Source of the DNA: Macrostomum lignano
Lineage: Eukaryota
Reading direction: 5' to 3'
DNA: 64,000 nucleotides
Assembly (NCBI GenBank): GCA_002269645.1
Contig: NIVC01000337.1
Span: 310,001 to 374,000, forward strand
Positions 61,651-64,000 of the stretch are shown one piece after another (the stretch's first letter is position 1; each line of letters opens with the position of its first letter). A model generated the notes under the pieces. It was not told the DNA's origin. It worked only from the letters and a program-made list of their open reading frames with translations, and searched no databases. Position numbers and translations under genes: made by a program.

Positions 61651-61974
61651 ACACTAGTGTCAAGAGCTATATTTTTTTTGTACCTTGTATTTATGGACTA
61701 ATTTGTATTTTTAGCATACTACCACGATCTAGTATCTGTAAACATAAAATGTACCGCTTATTGGAAACATAACCTCCACCAAGAACCAAAAAGTGTTGCA
61801 AAATACGTGGACAGCCCAGTCTGTTCATTCTAATCCGCTTCAGTTTTCCATAGAAGAGAGTCTAATATCAGATAATGATGGGGCTAACAAGTACAACAAT
61901 GACTACTGTGACAAGTGAGAAGTCAAATCCAATTCAAGTGAGAAGTGAGAAGTAGAGATGAAGATTCGTAACCG

Positions 61975-63648
61975 TCAAAAGCTGCCCACAATGACCCGTG
62001 CATCAGAGTCGCAGTTCTCCTCCGCTGGACTGTATGCGGGGTTTTCCACGCCTCCATTGCTGGATGTTGTCTGGTCGGTTGGATGGATTGAGGATGGCGG
62101 CAGTGGCGCCGGTTGAGGCGGCGATCGCGGCGGCAGCGGCGGTGGCTCCGGCTGTTCGCCGCTCGCTGGCGAAGGTTGCTCCCTCCTGCGAAAGAAACGT
62201 CGAGCCCGAGTCGGTAGTGGCATCGGCGGGGGCTCGGTCAGCTCTTCGTAGGCGACCGTGCTGACTCCGCCGCTTGGACTGGCAGGGTTGGGCCTCTCGT
62301 ACTCGGCATAAACCTCGGTCTTTGTCGTGTCACTCGACACTGCTACAGAGAGGGCAGACAAGTTTGCAGCCATTCGGCGATAGTAAAGAAATACAGCAAC
62401 GATGGCAATGGCAGCCATGACTGTCAGGCTTGTGACGACAGACGTAGCTATGATGAGTCCAGTATGCGGCGGTTGAGATGGAGGCTGCTGTAGCTGCCGC
62501 GCCACTGTTGGTGTCGGTGTCGCCAGCTGACGCAGTGTCGGGCAGACATCCACCTTCGCTAGCAGCTTTTCCTCCAGGCTGGCACAAGCAGCCCCGGAAA
62601 TGCCAGACGGTAGAACGAACGTCGGCGGTGAGCAGATGCAGACAAACGGGTTCGCCACAAGGCTGAGCTCCTGTAGATCCGGCAGAAGTTCGCTCCCCAG
62701 ACTGGGTGGCGCTTTTCGCACACAGTTACCGTCTAAGCTGAGGCGTTGCAGCATCCGTAGCGGCCACACAGCCGGCCAAACGATGGAGTCCGTGAGTCCT
62801 CTCGCACCTCCGTCATCTTCGCTGCAGTTGAGCACATGAGGATCGGAGCCAAGCTGCAGCTCTTTTAAGTTTGGTAATCGGCGCAGAATCAGTTCCCAGC
62901 CTCCGCGTGACTCAGAGTCACCATCAACCACCAGCGTCTTGGCTAGAGTCGGGGCAGTAATCTCTAGCCGTCTAAGACTACCTCCTAGTTGATCAAATGC
63001 GGCAGCCTCAATTCTGTAGAGCTGCGTTCGAGTTAGCCGCAGTGATTCCAGGGCCTTTAAATTGTAGAAATCGCTCGCTCTGATTACAGATAGGCCACCG
63101 CCAGAGACGTCAAGCTCCTGAAGCATTTCCAAACCAGCAAGCTGGTTCGGTAACGAGTCCAGCTGTCTTAGTCCAGCCATCCGGAGACGGCGCAGACGTC
63201 TCAAACCTTCCAGACCGTCGCAGGTGGAGTCGGACAGCCCCGTGCCACTGAGGTCGAGCTCCAGAAGAGTTTCTGCCGCGCCAGTCAGACTGTCTGCGGC
63301 CAGGCTCGCCAGACGGGCGTTAGCTGACAAGTCTAGCTGGCGTAGTCCGCTGGCATTGACGAATGCGCCGCGATTCAAGATGCGGATTTGATTGCCGGCC
63401 AACAGCAGAATATGCGGCCGGAGCTCCCGGTCTAGCAATGGCGGCAACGACAGATCACAGTTGGTGCAGTCAACCTGTCGGGCGCCGGAAGACTCCTTCA
63501 GGCGGCAGCATTGGCGACTGTCTCTAAGGTTTTCGAGTGTCAAGTAGACTGTCACATCAGAGGGTTGCTGCTGCAGTTGCACAGTTGTAGCGCAGGTAAC
63601 GCAAATGATGAGGATAAGAGCACTGCGATGAAAGTTCGACGACGGCAT
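61975..63648 (-). CDS. Intronless LRR single-pass transmembrane receptor (557 aa from the ATG at 63648)
   Basis: Signal MPSSNFHRSALILIICVTCA, LRRNT (CC...VDC...DL), LxxLxLxxN repeats, LRRCT ANPFVCIC, TM GLIIATSVVTSLTVMAAIAIVAVFLYY, cytoplasmic Tyr motifs, Pro-rich tracts and NPAY. Confidence 0.92.
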   Translation of the reverse strand: MPSSNFHRSALILIICVTCATTVQLQQQPSDVTVYLTLENLRDSRQCCRLKESSGARQVDCTNCDLSLPPLLDRELRPHILLLAGNQIRILNRGAFVNASGLRQLDLSANARLASLAADSLTGAAETLLELDLSGTGLSDSTCDGLEGLRRLRRLRMAGLRQLDSLPNQLAGLEMLQELDVSGGGLSVIRASDFYNLKALESLRLTRTQLYRIEAAAFDQLGGSLRRLEITAPTLAKTLVVDGDSESRGGWELILRRLPNLKELQLGSDPHVLNCSEDDGGARGLTDSIVWPAVWPLRMLQRLSLDGNCVRKAPPSLGSELLPDLQELSLVANPFVCICSPPTFVLPSGISGAACASLEEKLLAKVDVCPTLRQLATPTPTVARQLQQPPSQPPHTGLIIATSVVTSLTVMAAIAIVAVFLYYRRMAANLSALSVAVSSDTTKTEVYAEYERPNPASPSGGVSTVAYEELTEPPPMPLPTRARRFFRRREQPSPASGEQPEPPPLPPRSPPQPAPLPPSSIHPTDQTTSSNGGVENPAYSPAEENCDSDARVIVGSF

Positions 63649-64000
63649 AGTGAGGGCTGGGCACTTTTTTGGACCCTCTATGTCTCTATTTTTTGCGGCT
63701 TGTTGGTCTGCCACTTTCTTTTTTTATTGGGTATCGAATTGCCTTTGCAGTTCGGGTTACCAGCAAAGTGTCACTAGGAGAGAGAAAATCCTTTCTAAAT
63801 AGCGATGTCCAGCCAAAACAATGCAAATTAATGCTAAACATCCAATGCAAATCGACCCACCCTGAGCCTTGTTTTTACTTTTTGGTTGTGCTCACTGCTT
63901 ACCCCGAATGCTAATTGATGAAGCCGTTTTCCGTGTTGCTTCCCCTTTCTTCTTCCATCTGCTGCCCTGCTGCAGGAACTCTTCTACAAAGTGTACGTTT

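Overview
Eukaryotic (metazoan invertebrate) genomic DNA, not prokaryotic. It has GC-rich spliced exons with GT(G/A)AG donors, AT-rich spacers, many minisatellites and many non-autonomous DNA transposons. The overall style resembles a free-living flatworm such as Macrostomum (inference only). Genes reconstructed by hand: two tandem paralogs of a secreted double-VWA protein (one complete at 653 aa, one running off the left edge); a Cys-loop receptor-like gene apparently missing M1-M3; an uncharacterised 205-aa gene; GAR1; NOP58; an intronless secreted LamG/ConA-like protein; a divergent type II pantothenate kinase; three class C GPCR paralogs (two intact, one interrupted by a 1.3-kb TIR/TSD element); and an intronless LRR transmembrane receptor. 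The most notable observations are the ECD-plus-M4-only pLGIC, the mosaic (gene-converted) class C GPCR trio, CRE-bearing tandem arrays upstream of both adjacent snoRNP core genes, a 27-bp TSD-flanked micro-element related to two local MITEs, and overlapping long palindromes. Most long ORFs in the supplied track are artefacts of tandem repeats.
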